From the human T2T-CHM13v2.0 reference genome, Homo sapiens: a DNA stretch of 64,000 nucleotides. Under the pieces are notes generated by a model. That model did no database searches. It was not told where the DNA came from and saw only the letters and a program-made list of their open reading frames with translations. The stretch is taken from the NCBI RefSeq assembly GCF_009914755.1, contig NC_060932.1; one strand, written 5' to 3'. Both the position numbers and the translations under genes were made by a program. Below are positions 1-15,865 of this stretch, in pieces; the first letter of the stretch is position 1, and every line of letters starts with the position of its first letter.

Positions 1-950
1 CCAGAGTTCAGCATATGGGCTAACTCACTGTGGGAGCAGAGCCAGTGTCTGGAGTTCAGGTATGCCCAGAGAGACCATAGCTCCATGGCCCAGGGTGTGG
101 ACTAGCTCATTACAGTGGTAGCTGCAGTTTCTGAGGCACAGGTGTGTATGGTGCAGCCAGAGAGCCAGGTCTGGAGTGCAGACACACGAGATGCTGCATC
201 ACCTCCAAGATCTGGGGCTGGCTCACTGTTGAGGTGACTCAGGTATCAAAGGTATAGGCACTCATGGAGCAGCAATGGAGCTGGTGTCCTTAGTGTGGGT
301 TCACACAGAGAAACCAAGGCTCCAAAACCCAGGGAAGGGCTCATATTCAGCAGTAGGATTGTCAGTGTTTGAGGTGTGGACACATGCAGTATGGTTGCAG
401 ACCCAAGGACTGGAATGCAGGTACTTACATAACAGCTGTGGAGCTGGGGTCTGGATTACTGACATACACAAGAGTGACTTAGGTCCAGGGTCTGAAGTAC
501 ATGCCAGGTTTGGAAAGGTGGTGGCCCCAGTCCCAGGGCAGCTCAACTGGGTGCTTGTGGAGGGTGGGGGAAGGTGCAATATCATCTCCTTTATCAGGAG
601 AGGGGATCAACAACAGGAATTGCTTTAGTAACCTCAGTAAAGAAAGATGCCAGTGTCCTCTGCAAAAGCAGCCATTGGGTACCACAGTGGCACCTCGCAT
701 ATAGTTGATCCTGATAGCATCTCTCTTTTTCTTTGATCCTAGCCATCTCTAGACACCTCAGGATCTCCCCAACAATCCTTTGTGTACTTATTCTCCATTT
801 TTGCTCCACTGTGTTGTTGTAGATTCTTAATTGGGCTCTTGAGCCCTCCCCAAGGCTAATTTTGTTCATGGATCACTGCCTATTTGTTCGTTTTTGTGGG
901 GGGATGAACACTGGTCTCTCTCACTCTGCCATCATGCTAATGTCACTTTC
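1..950 (-). mobile_element. Old L1 (L1M/L1MA-type) 5'UTR remnant with degenerate internal monomer repeats
   Basis: Reverse complement of ~921-949 reads AAAGTGACATTAGCATGATGGCAGAGTGA, resembling the GTGACGTCAGCAAGATGGCGGA 5' terminus of old L1s. Motifs gctcactg, ctggagtgcag and ctggggtctgg recur roughly every 110-120 bp. Confidence 0.6.
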
Positions 951-954
951 TCAC

Positions 955-1071
955 TGAGGTCATCTTAATTTTATGCTCTTGGTCTCCAGAACCATGAGAT
1001 AATAAATTTCTGCTGTTTTAAGCCACCTAGATTATGGTGCTTTGTTATAGCAGCCCTGGCAAACTAAAACA
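955..1071 (+). mobile_element. MLT1-type MaLR LTR 3' fragment
   Basis: ctccagaaccatgagataataaatttctgctgttttaagccacc...tttgttatagcagccctggcaaactaaaaca is a typical MLT1 3' end. Confidence 0.8.
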
Positions 1072-1793
1072 TAAATACATTTAGTCACATCTTGTGCTTC
1101 AGTACAAGGCTTTGTGCACCCCTAATCTATTTCAGAGCATTGACTTTATAGCTGAACACTGAGGGAAATCCGTTTCTCTTTTTCTAGTTTTTTTTTTTTA
1201 TTTGGAGCTCCTCGTATTTGACCCAAATTACTTCCTACACCTGGGAGAGCAGACATTTTTCTATAAGAAATGTTTATTTCCTGTCTATTCCATAAATGGT
1301 TTTTAGAAAAGTTTATACAAGATACTGTGTCTTGTGCAAGAGGACACTTACTAAAAAATATGTGGAAGTACTTTTCCTTAGACATCTCTAACACACAGAG
1401 TTCTCTCTTCCATGGGCATACAGTGGGTTAAGAAACCAAAGCCCTCACCTCCAAAGGCCGTTAGTTTCTATGACTGTGATTTACTGTACTACCCATTAAC
1501 CTTCACACCTGGAACCGGCCCATGCTCCTCCCTCAAATCAGACACAACCCACGTAGATCAACATCCTTAAAGAAACATGGCAACTCACACTAGTTCTGGC
1601 TCAGTCACTGGTAAATAGCAGTGGTGATGATGACAGGGGTCTTTGGCTTTTTAAGCCCTAAACTTAGCTCAAGAATTTTGATTCATAGCTGGACACAAAA
1701 TACTGTGTGAATGCTGATTAGCAGGTGGTACCATCAGGTGGATGAATTGCTTATGCTTTCTCCATAGCTATTCACAGTTCATTTTCCCTTCAG

Positions 1794-1802
1794 AATTTTT
1801 AG
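1794..1802 (+). other. Candidate microexon (AATTTTTAG); alternative acceptors would give 25 or 35 nt
   Basis: ttcattttcccttcAG (AG at 1792-1793), then 9 nt, then GTAAGA (1803-1808). Four GCATG motifs lie within 180 nt downstream. Confidence 0.35.
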
Positions 1803-3180
1803 GTAAGAGTTTGGAACTCTTGCATGTTTGGGTTTCAGATTCTGGAAAGCATGCAATGAAATTTTTTGGCACTCTCTACTGAGTGATTTATGTGCTGCTC
1901 CCATTGGATAATTCGTTTTACGCATGTGTGACAGGGCTGGTGCTGGACTTCTGCTTTGGAAACCCTTGCTTCAAATTTGCATGTGTTGGCCCTTCTGGAT
2001 CCTTCAACTTTACATTTGGCTGAAAAAACCCATCCCAAGAGACAGGTACACTACATTCTGCGATAAAGAATCCTGAGATCCTTTCCCTCCTCTTTTCCGT
2101 TGGGAAGAATAATTAAGTAGCAAAAAATAGAAACTTTGCTTCTTAATATAGGAACACCGATTCAGAGATTGGCAGAGAAAATACCCAGCTAAAATAACTT
2201 GGAAATATGTTGGAAATTTCTTACAGGAACATGATGTATGGAGACAAGATAATTGAAACAAGAATCGCTGAGGCCTCCAACAAGCAGCAGAGCAGCAATC
2301 TCTGCTAAGGCATTTGCTTGGAGTTTGTCTTTGATTATAGATGACTAGTGATGCTTCTAGTTCTGAAAATGGACATTGCCTGTGTTAAACAGAAAGAAGG
2401 ACTGCAAACAGATCATTTGCAAGTTACCCTGAAGGTAGCAATGTTTAAGCATCAGCCCTCTTGAAATAATTTTTTTAGAGCCATTCTCTTGGACAGTTGC
2501 AAATTAGCTAGATTCATTAGTAGTATCAGTCCCAATGTCTTATAATTTTTGAGTTGGAAGATGGAAGAGACATTTTGTTGGGTTTTAAATAGGCTGTTGA
2601 ATCTAGTCAATGTGCCACTACTGTCAGAGGATAAGATAATATAGTCTCAGTCCTTCATTATTAGCGGAGGGCCCTGCAGGGTGAAGAGCCAAACCCACAG
2701 TGCAATATCAGAACACCAGTGCTAACAGAGTTCACATCTGGAAGCATGGCTGGCTTCAAAAGGAACCCTGGATTCACACAGAAGAACTGAGTCTAGCTTA
2801 TTAATCTTTCTTTATGGTATTAAATGATTTTATAGTAGTCAGCCACATGCTTTGTGTCATGGAATAGACAGATAGACCCAGATCCATCCCTCAGTAACAG
2901 TAAAGATAAATCTAGGTGCTTTTGAGAGGGCATTATAGGAATGAGGGTCCATGCCTCAGACAGACAGCATGTTGAAAAGAGTTTAGCCAAAGAGAATGTA
3001 GTGAAGAAACAGAGATAAGCGGCCTGTCACAAGATGTTAAAGTGCTCAGGGACTAGCAACAGTGGGAACCTGTTACTACTCCTGATCCTGAAGGTCACAG
3101 GGAGGCAATGGTGTTATTGAAGCCAGGAGAATTGAAGTGATGGAAGAGGGGCACCTGGCCAGTCCTTTTGCCATAGATAA

Positions 3181-3473
<293 letters not shown>

Positions 3474-4599
3474 GCCATAGATGTTTGAGCCACTTCCACA
3501 ACTGCTATGAGGCAAGCAGGCACTAGAGGAATAAATACTTGGCCACTCTCATTTTACTTCCCAGCCTGCAGTCTCCTGAAGATGCCCCACCTTTTACCCA
3601 AACTCATGGAAAGTACTGGACAAACGTTCCCTGGGGATGCTGTCTGTATATGGCAGCCTCTTTAGTAGAGTGGAAAATGGATTTGGGGTTGAAGAAGAGG
3701 CAGACAGAAAATGATGTTTGGCACAGGCATCTAAAAATGAAACAAGCCTCTCTCCTTTACATAAGGTGTGACCATAGATTACCTTGAGGTGAATCACTTT
3801 TGTTCTGGTTAAGATCACTTACATCACTCACTGACCCTCCTCCAATACCTATGCTCACCCTATTCACTATGTTCATGTAGGGTAGATAGATATTCCTTGC
3901 TGGGGGAGGGGAAAATAATAAGAAAGACTGCAGTTGCCGGAAAGATATAGAACTTGAAATAAACCTTGGTATGGAAATGTGGTTTCTGAAGAAGAAAAAA
4001 TATACTAGTTTACAAAGAGGACTCCTAAAGGGAAGCTAGCCAGAACGACAGAAGGCACCTGGGCTAATGACAAGGGCCTCCTGGATTGATGTTCCAATAG
4101 GAAAGCGATTTTGCACCATGACTGACCAAAGTAGAAGACTCTCCAGATCTAGCCACTGAGAGCCAGCAGTGTATGTGAGGAACAGTGGCTGAGTGTGGGA
4201 ATATGAGCCAGAGTTGTGGTCTTGGCACCAAACATAGCTCACTGCTATTAACTGGGCAGGGACCTGGACCAGCAAGAATATCCCAGATGCAGTGGACAAT
4301 TACCCATCCAACTGGCATAACCTGTGTTCAATTACAAAGGCAACTGGCAGCAAGAAATAACAGCAAGTGAACTGATCAGAATCAGATCCCTTCTGCATGT
4401 GCACCACAGACTGGGGAAGTGGCCTATTATATCAGCTTTCAGGAGCCTTCTGCTCAGATAGGAAGACAAGACTCACATAGAGAACAACACGAGAAAGTGT
4501 ACAAAATTGCTTTTATGTGCCAAAGGATTTCAGGGACTGGAGAGATTGTTATGGATGGTCACAGGAGGCTCATGGAGGCTGCGACTGAGCCCAAAAGAA

Positions 4600-5274
4600 C
4601 GAAGACTGCTTAGGAAGGCAGAGGAGAGTGTTAGGAGAAAGCCACATTCCATGCAAAGGTTTCCTAGGTGCAAATGCATAAAGCATGCTGGGAAGCTGAG
4701 AGTAACTCATCTGGCTAGAGAAGACTGCACTGAACACATCTGAGGGAGAGAGGTGATGAAAACACTGTTTAAAGAAAATCATTCCTTGTGGATGCCAGAT
4801 GGAGTACATTGGGAAACAACTGGAGGTAAGGAGACGAGCTAGAAAACTGTTGGCTGGGCAATAGTGTGGGCATGAAGGGATAAGGGCTCAGACTGGTGGG
4901 GATAGAAGACAGGCTGACTCAGGAGACACTGACTGATAAGCAATGATTAACAGGCCTTGATGACTAATTGAAAGTTGAGGGGTAAGCCAGGCACGGTGGC
5001 TCACACCTGTAATCCCAGCACTTTGGGAGGCCCAGGTTGGCAGATCACAAGGTCAGGAGATCAAGACCATCCTGGCTAACAAAGTGAAACCCTGTCTCTA
5101 CTAAAAATACAAAAAAATAATTAGCTGGGCATGGTGGTGGGCGCCTGTAGTCCCAGCTACTTGGGAGGCTGAGGCAGGATAATGGCATGGCACGAACCTG
5201 GGAGGCAGAGCTTATAGTAAGCCAAGATCGCACCACTGCACTCCAGCCTGGGCAACAGAGCGAGGCTCCATCTC

Positions 5275-5307
<33 letters not shown>

Positions 5308-5450
5308 AAAAGAAAGAAAAAAGAAAGTGGAGGGGTGGGAGGCATTGAGAAGAGGAGGAACCAATAATGAACATAAGGTTTGCAGCCTTACTGACACAGA
5401 AAAGGACGGTATTATAAAGAGATATGACAAGTTAGTTGGGTGGGGGACCT
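4600..5450 (-). mobile_element. L2 remnant interrupted by an Alu
   Basis: Purine-rich diverged L2-like sequence that continues on both sides of the Alu TSD. Confidence 0.55.
4986..5322 (+). mobile_element. AluY/Sc-type Alu with long A-rich tail
   Basis: Diagnostic gagatcaagaccatcctggctaac and ggcagagctt; TSD gaaagt(t/g)gaggggt at 4970-4983 and 5323-5336. Confidence 0.95.
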
Positions 5451-5559
5451 AATAATTTAGTGAAATAAATATGAATTTAATGCTTTAGTAAATTGTCTGG
5501 GAAGATAGTCACTGGAGATATTCTTCTACAGATAAATCCTTCACCTGGGCTCAAGAGAG

Positions 5560-6260
5560 CTCATTAAATGACACTACTGCCCACCGTTTTCTCAAACCCA
5601 AAACCTAAGAATCATCCTTATCAACTCTTTCTCCATTACTCTCAAAATTAAATCAGTGTCCAAAACCTATTAATTTTACTTTTATTTTCTCTTAAATCCA
5701 CCCACTTGCCCCAGTCCCATACTCTCTACCTTACAGTAGACCACCCTCATTTTTCACCTCAAATCAGCCATGATCTCCCCTTCAATCACTTTCCACAAGA
5801 AAACCACCAAGTTCTTTCTGAATTAAACATCTGACCCTGCCATCTGCTGATTTTATACCTCTGGTGGCTCCCTCAGGATAAAGCCTTAACAGAACATAAC
5901 AGTCTTCTCATAGTTGATGCCTATTTCATTCTCTGCCCTCATCCCTCATCGTTCTATGGTTCACATTCTGTGTCCAGCCATATCGAGCTATTTACATTTC
6001 CTTAGATGTGTCAACCTCTCTCACTTCCAGTCTTGCACAACTGCCCCTCTGTTTGGAGTGTCTTTGACACTGCATCATTCTTCACATTTAATGTCAAAAT
6101 AGCCCTTCTTCCGGGAGCCTTTGCTGACCCTCCAATGCCAGATTAGGTAACTCTTCTTTGTGCTTCTTTAACACTTTATTCACTCCTCTAGCATAATTGG
6201 TATCATTATGTACAGTGAATTGCTTATTTATCTGACTCCTACTCTAAACATATGTGCTGA
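5560..6260 (+). mobile_element. L2 ORF2/3' remnant
   Basis: aaatgacactactgcccaccg...aaacctaagaatcatccttatcaactctttctcc matches the L2 consensus (NGTTIHP...NLGVILDS region). Confidence 0.7.
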
Positions 6261-6509
6261 GCCATTTAAAAAACCTATTTGTTTAATTAGTAAATAAATA
6301 GCACAAATAGAAACATGGTTTTGTGAATATTTAAATCAATTAGACAAGCAAACATTGAGTACCTGCTATTTGCCATGCCCTATGCTGGGAGTGGGGAATA
6401 AACTGGCAAATACACTCCTGCAAACAAGTGTGCAATCTCATATCATAGAGTCAGTGGTAAGTCAGCAGATATCATGAAGGTGCTCAGTAATACTGAAGAA
6501 TCAGAAGGG

Positions 6510-6720
6510 CACAATCAAAAGGGCCTTTACTTAAAACTCAGACTGAGATTCAAGTTCTTTCTCAAATTCATTTTTATAGAGTCTTTAACAAGATGCTTAA
6601 CCTCTTTAACCCAGTCCTTTTATTTATGTTGAGGATATAAGTCTGATTTTGTATCTTATTTTGATTAAATAACAACTCTGGATGTCATGCAGTACCTGCT
6701 CAATAAATGCTATTTCCTTT
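6510..6720 (+). mobile_element. MIR remnant
   Basis: cagactgagattcaagttc...gcttaacctctttaacccagtcc...ctcaataaatgcta. Confidence 0.55.
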
Positions 6721-7439
6721 CCTTTATGTGTGTTCTTATATTTATGCTTTTACTTGTTTGGAACTTAAAATATCTTCAGACTTATCTTGTTAAAATATAA
6801 CTAAGGTCAAGGGATAGGTACAGGGTAGAATTTAATTGAGAACTTTTGTTGGAGGGAAGAAGGAAATGGACTCTGGGAAGTGAGACTAATACTGTTAGAG
6901 AAGAGAGAATGTCCCAGAAATTGAGACTTGGAGACTAAGACTGCTTCTCCGGCCAGCGATGCATGTGCAGGGGAGGGAGAAGAGGGATCCAACTGGCATG
7001 TTTGCCAATGGCTGACATTAGCCTACTAACTTGGAAATCACGAAGAGTTTCAAAGTCTGTAAGTGTTTTCCAGCCACAGTGAATCCAATTCCTTCACATC
7101 CCTAATGCATTTTCTCCTTCCTTCCGACCAGCTCCAGAGGACTTCAGTGTGACAGACACATGAGCAACAGCAAGAGCAGAGCAAGGCTGAAGTCTAGCCC
7201 TGCTTCTAGCTAACTGTATACCTTTCACAGCATCTTCATTTTCTTTATTCAATCAGTTGTTTTCCTGCCCCTCAATGATAAGCAGTTTGGGATCTCTGCT
7301 AAATTTCTTAGGGAATTATGTGCTCCTGTGCATCTGCTGTGTTTGTGTCCTCTTCTCACTGTCATTTCCAAAACAAGGTTTCAATATAGTGCTGGGATAT
7401 CCCCTGTGAGCAACAGTGAGCAATATCCCCTGCCTGCAA

Positions 7440-9722
<2,283 letters not shown>

Positions 9723-12700
9723 CAAAGGACAAGGAGCCCAATCCTTTATCTCTGCAAGCTAATCTCTGGAATTTGGACTCAAATTTTCTTTCTAAATAAC
9801 ACAAATGCCCTCACCAGGCTCATATAATGAAGGACTCATTCCATGTCTATTTTCCTTTCCTTCCTCTTATACATAACTCCACGTTCCACTCACTTGACAT
9901 TCTCCTCAAAAGAAAAGCAGAAGGTCCCTTTCAACAAATGCAAAATACCCAAGTGTTCCTACCGCAATGAGTGTATATGGTGCATGTTACATCCTTTCCC
10001 CAAAAACCACCCTTAATATGGAGGGCTATATAGGGAGGCAAGTAGGTATATATAACCAAATGATCAGAAAGTTAAATAAATTGTAGAAGGAATGTAACTG
10101 TTAATCTATGGTCATATGTGAATCATGCCACTTTAGGGTGGACTATTGAGGGAAGGAGGGGATAATTTGCAGATCAGCTGAAACGACATTGGTCTACATG
10201 GCTCCATAGATATCCTGCCCACCCTCACATCTAGGTCACCTGCTACATGCAGGGTCAGCTAAGCAAGCACATTTCCTTCAATTTAGTGAGTATTTTTTTC
10301 TCATGGAGAGTCCTTAAAGCTGCAGTAAGTCAGCCTGACTAATTTGCTGCAATCCCAAAGCCAGTCACAGTAATTCCTTCTGATCCCAGAAAGGTACATC
10401 CAGTACCCAGAGAAGTTTTCTGTTACTGTCATTTACATACCCAGTCCTATTATCTTGACCAGCCAATGGGTTATATTTGTGTAGGATCTGAGTTCTGCTA
10501 CTCTTTAGTGTCAACAGTATTTGCTGACTCTGAGACAGATCACTGCCATTGAAGTGGGGGTCTTGTTAACCTCTGTCTTCTACTGATGGCCAGCTGGTAT
10601 TGTTTCTGAGCTAAAGCCTTGGAACCCTGAAATTTCATTGAATACAATCATAATGTATTTAATTCCTGCCAGTTGCCCTCTGGTCAGAAAGCATAATTAA
10701 AGTGTCTACAGATGGTACTGGCAAGGTTTCTAGAAGTAGTAGACACCAGCAGTGACTGCACAGCTATATGAAATTAAAAACTGTTTTGATACACACCATA
10801 TGCACAAATATGAATGCACCAGGGAACATGGAACTCTTTGCATTATATGGGCACTGGATGCTATGGAATATGAATGAGGGCCAATCAGAGAAATGCACTG
10901 GAAAGTAAAGGAGAAACACAAATCAAAATCTTAACCCAGGAGACTCGGTGCCCAGACGAAGTGGGATACACTTTGGTTAAGAAAACATGGAGAAAACAGA
11001 CGCAAGGTTTAAAACTCAAAGAAGACTGTTCATGAAGCATCTGGGAAGATGGCAATACCTCTTTTCTAGAGACTTTAAAAGGTATTAGATGTCCTGCTTT
11101 CAGCCAGAGAGAGAGAGACTAAATTACCTATGATAAGCCAAAGTCTTGATTTTAACAGCAAACCCAGCACTGTGGTTTTCACTTTGTGAGGGTTGTAGAT
11201 TTGCAGAACATTGTAGGAGCAAGGAGAATGATTCTTACACCCATGTAATAAATTAGTGATGAGGTTAGACTAGTAGAAAAATGAAAGATCAATGGGAACC
11301 TTTGAAAGGACAGATGCAGCAGCTGAGGCACACTGGGCTAAATGACCTTTCGAAGTCCTTTTACATGGGGTCTTTCAGTATATTTTTGTTGAACAGATTT
11401 TGTTTAACAGATTCTATAAAGATGTCAAGGAAACCTGTCTACCAGTTGTTTTAGCTAAAATTTCATTTAAAAAATTATATATAAGACCTTTACTGTTCAA
11501 GATTCAGTATGTCTTCAAGGAGCCCAATCCTGGAATGAAAATTGAAAATCTTTTCAGCCATTTCCTGAATACTGGGACAATCTACTGTTCAGTTTTAATT
11601 CATACGTTTAGCATTTTTTGGATCGGCCTTCTTCCTGGTTTCATGAACCATTAGGGAACCCCTCCTTTCAGCTATGTAATCCAGTGTGACCCCTTAATGA
11701 ACCAGGGTACAAGCTAGTTCTCACACACTTTCAATGAACTCTTTTCCAGTTCAGAGAACATTTCCTCCAAAAAGAATTAATAGTAAGAAACCCATGAAGG
11801 ATTTCTCTTGTCTGAGTCAGCCTGCCACTAATGCTAAGTATGGGCAGGGCCTGCTCTAGGGTTACCTGGTCTGCAACTCTAAGCAATGCTAGGGTTTTGG
11901 AATAAGCATAAATAATGCCCCGTCCCCCTACCTCGAGTTTGGAAGCAAATCAGATATAGACAAGAAAAGGGTCAAGACAAACAACACCGGGAGTGGCACA
12001 TAATTGTTCTCCGAGCTAGAGAATTATCAACAGAACTTTTCCTTTGGCTCAGGTTAGATTTCAGAAGGTATTCCTGTAAGTGAAAGTTAATATTAGAGTT
12101 CTGAGAGTGATCTAAATCTTTTTAAATCCTAAAATCTGAAGCTGTCTCTTTCGGGTAACCATTGAAATTTATGTTCTAGGCTGCAATCTTCGACTTAAAC
12201 TATTTTAAAAGACCAACATCACACTTTTTCATACTCCCTGTAATTATTAGTTCTATTCAAAACTACTTTTCTCACTCTTTTTTGTAGACACTTTTTTAAG
12301 TGAGCAGAATTTTCGAGGGCCTTGGGCCTCACTGATAGCTTATATAATAAATAAGTGGGTGAGACAGTATGAAGTTGACCTGGCATTCATGAGTCACACT
12401 AAAGAATGAATGCTTTATAATTTGTTCCCACCTTTTTTTCTTGAAGTTTGGTATCTAACTTTTTTGTTGTGACACTTCCTATCCTATATGTCAATTTACA
12501 ATTCTATTTCATTCCTATATCAGTATCTGATACATAAAAGGTATTCAGTAAAGGATTGAATAAATACATTTTCTACATTGAGCAGCAAATTAAACATTTA
12601 CTATGTCTACGTTACTAGGAACCAGAAGAATTTCCGTAAGACAATCTTTGGGCAGTATTGTTTTCTTTTTACTGGACTAATATACCTTTAGATTCTTCCT

Positions 12701-12877
12701 TCCATCTTTTTCCAGCAATAATGAGAATCTATTGCATGATTTTCTTTAGAGTATTCTCAAGGCTTCCCCCAAAGTCCCACCCACTCCTCAGATGACCACT
12801 ACACACACCTATGCATGTATCAGAGCCTTTTTGAGGAGCTAACACACAGCTCAAGATTTAGAAACTATGCTATTTTG

Positions 12878-13175
12878 GGCCAGGCACGGTGGTGGCTCAT
12901 ATCTGTAGTCCCAGCACTTTGAGAGGCCGAGGAGGGTGGATCACTTCAGGTCAGGAATTTGAGATCAGCCTAGCCAGCATGGTGAAATCCTGTCTCTACT
13001 ACAAATACAAAAATTATCTGGATGTGGTGGTGCATGCCTGTAATCTTAGGTACTTGGAAGGCTGAGGCATGAGAATCCCTTGAACCCAGGAGGCGGAGTT
13101 TGCAGTGAGCCAATATCACAACACTGCACTCCAGCCTGGGCAACAGAGTGAGACTGTCTCAAAAATAAATAAATA
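12878..13175 (+). mobile_element. AluS
   Basis: Dimeric Alu; perfect 16-bp TSD aaactatgctattttg at 12862-12877 and 13176-13191. Confidence 0.95.
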
Positions 13176-13336
13176 AAACTATGCTATTTTGTGCTACAAC
13201 TCAAATTTACTACCTTAAGAAGGTTCAAAGCTACTTGTTCCTTCAGCACAAAAATCCATGTTCTTCCCACTCCTTTACCCTCAGAAAAAGAGGGAGCAGT
13301 GTAGAAATAGAGGATCTGTAACAATTAGGATGCTGG

Positions 13337-13642
13337 ATGGATACAGCTGGAGGCCAGTATCCTAAGCAAACTAACGAGAAACAGGAAAGCAAACACCACA
13401 TGTTCTGACTTGTAAGTGGGAGCTAAACATTGGGTGCATGTGGACATAAAGATGAGAACAATAGACACTGGAGAATACAAGAGCAGGAGGGTGGGAACCA
13501 AGGGACAGAAAACTACCTGTTGGGTACTACGCTCACTACCCCAGGCGATTCATACGTGAAACCTCAGCATCACACAATGTATCTTGGAAACAAATCTGCA
13601 CATGTACCCTCTGAATCTAAACTAAACTTTGAGGAAAAAAAA
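13337..13642 (+). mobile_element. L1PB/L1PA16-type 3' end
   Basis: ctggaggccagtatcctaagcaaactaac...taagtgggagctaaacattgg...ctgcacatgtaccctctgaatctaaa followed by an A tail. Confidence 0.85.
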
Positions 13643-14754
13643 TTGGGCCATTGGATCAGATATGGCTTAACTACTGAGTACCCAAGGTTTTGTTTTTTAC
13701 TGTTCTATCCTATCACTCAAAGAAGGAAGAGAACTTTGACCACTCTTCCTGAGAGTAATTAATGATTGATTTGCTATGCTTGGAATGTGTAATGGAGTGA
13801 ACTCCAGAGAATGTACCTATCCTTGTCAGTAGGCAAAAGAAAATGTGCAGATCATTCAAGAAAATAATCTGATTGGGTATCTCACCAATGACCGTGAGTG
13901 CTGTTTTGGGGGTAAAGCCTGCTCTGAAATTCAACCCTAAGCAGAAATTGTTTTAAAAGACAGGCAAAGATACAGCCAAAGAAAAACCTTCCTTATCAAG
14001 TGTGTATTTGTAAAAATTCCACATATCTTCCTTTGCAGACGTATTCTTTGGCAATGACTCTCATTCTGTCTCTGATGTTCATTAGATTATATGACCTTGG
14101 GTGAATCAATAGCCTATAAAATAACTCAAAACGTTGTTTTCAAGATTACGTAAATCCAAAGATGTCAGACATTTAGCATCACTTCTGGCGTACCAAAGCT
14201 TTTTATTAAATACTAGTTTTATTTTCTCTTTTCTCCATATGTGGCATTTTAAATGTATTTTGTATACCACTTGGAATTTTATATAAGCTTTGGGAAAATA
14301 CACTTGAATATTTGTGTTTTACAAGTATGTGGAAGAATCCACTTCCGCGGCCCACCCCACTTACATGATGAACAAAAGCACATAACGTTGTGTGAAAATC
14401 TGGGCCAGAGCGCTTTTGCAGGCCTTGAGGCTAGTTAAGTATTCCTCGCACTGCAACACCTTGTTCTGCTTCCCCTGATCAAAGCGACTGCAGGTTAAAA
14501 CAAGCATGCAGAGCACTTTCAGAATCTTGAGCAGTCGTTGGTATCAAAAAAAATTATCATCTATATTACCTTCCTCTAATAGTGTACTTAAGAATGAAAG
14601 TACACTTGGATGAATTTCAACTGAGAAGAAGCCCCTAAGAAATGAGGATTGTGCCAGTTCTAAAATTTGTGTACATGCAGTGAGATTTTCTGCCATATTT
14701 TTGATATGAAAAACTGAGGTGAATAACAGAACAACAACAAAAAAGCATTATTTA

Positions 14755-15068
14755 GGCCAGACGTGGTGGCTCACGCTTGTAATCATAGCACTTTGAGAGG
14801 CTGAGGTGGGCAGATCACCTGAGGTCTGGAATTTGAGACCAGCCTGGCCAATATGGTGAAACCGTGTCTTTACTAAAAATATAAAAATTAGCCAGGCATG
14901 GTGGCACATGCCCGTAATCCCAGCTACTCGGGAGGCTGAGGCAGGAGAACTGAACCTGGGAGGTGGAGGTTGCAGTGAGTAGAGATCACATCATTGCACT
15001 CCAACCTGAGTGACAAAAGCAAGACTCAGTCTAAAAAAAACAAAAACAACAACAACAACAAAAAAAAA
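14755..15068 (+). mobile_element. AluS with (CAA)n tail
   Basis: Dimeric Alu matching the consensus. Confidence 0.95.
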
Positions 15069-15459
15069 CTCTTTAAATTTATTTTTTTCTGTGCAGGAAG
15101 AGATGTCATTGTGTATTTTAAAAGCTCTAATCACTCTGGCTAAATGATAGCACAGCTAATGAACCACATTGGGACCAAGGTAGATGTCTTTTTGTTTCGG
15201 GTGAGAGTTTAATGCATCAAGGCCTTCAAAGAAACCACTTCCTAAAGAGTGATGTATTTCCCACTCCTTCAGACTCATCTATCAGCCAAGAACCCATTCA
15301 TGTGTTGGTGTCATCTGCAAGGAAAAGATTATCCTAGGTGTAATAGTTAGGGATGACACCCAGGTGCCTTCATGACATTTAATTTTCAGCCACCTCCTTC
15401 ATTGTTACAGAAGCTGCCTCCCACCAGGAGGAGCGAAAACATCTGACAGTTGCATTGCA

Positions 15460-15865
15460 GCCTTCCTTTGGGCTTGGCCATAGGCATGTAAGCCAATTCT
15501 GGCCAATGATTATTAAGATGAAGTCTTCTAGGGTAGAAATCCTTAGGAAAGATTTCTTTTCTCATGTTGAAAAGATATGTACAACACAAAACTGCTCTTC
15601 CTTCTTTTCTCTGAATATATTTACATGAAGACATGATATATGGAGATACAACAGCTATGTTGAAAACATAACAGGACAAACCTGAAAGTGAAAGCCAACA
15701 CACTGAGGATGTCCCAGCAGAAAGATGATGGGAACACCTGGGTCCTGGATGACATCATCTTAGCTACAGACCTCTTGTTAAGTAAACCCATAAATTTCCT
15801 TATGGTTTGAGCTATTTTAATTAAGGTATACTTTACTTAGGACCTAAAACATCCCAATTGATATA
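15460..15865 (+). mobile_element. MLT1J/K/L-type MaLR LTR
   Basis: ccaattctggccaatga...aaagccaacacactgaggatg...cctgggtcctggatgacatc...taaatttccttatggtttgagc. Confidence 0.7.

Noticed and set aside
275-869. Several overlapping ORFs, including one of 117 aa
   Set aside because: They lie in a GC-richer L1 5'UTR remnant and show no recognisable domain.
11994-12010. GGCACA-taat-TGTTCT as a steroid response element
   Set aside because: The spacer is 4 nt rather than the required 3.
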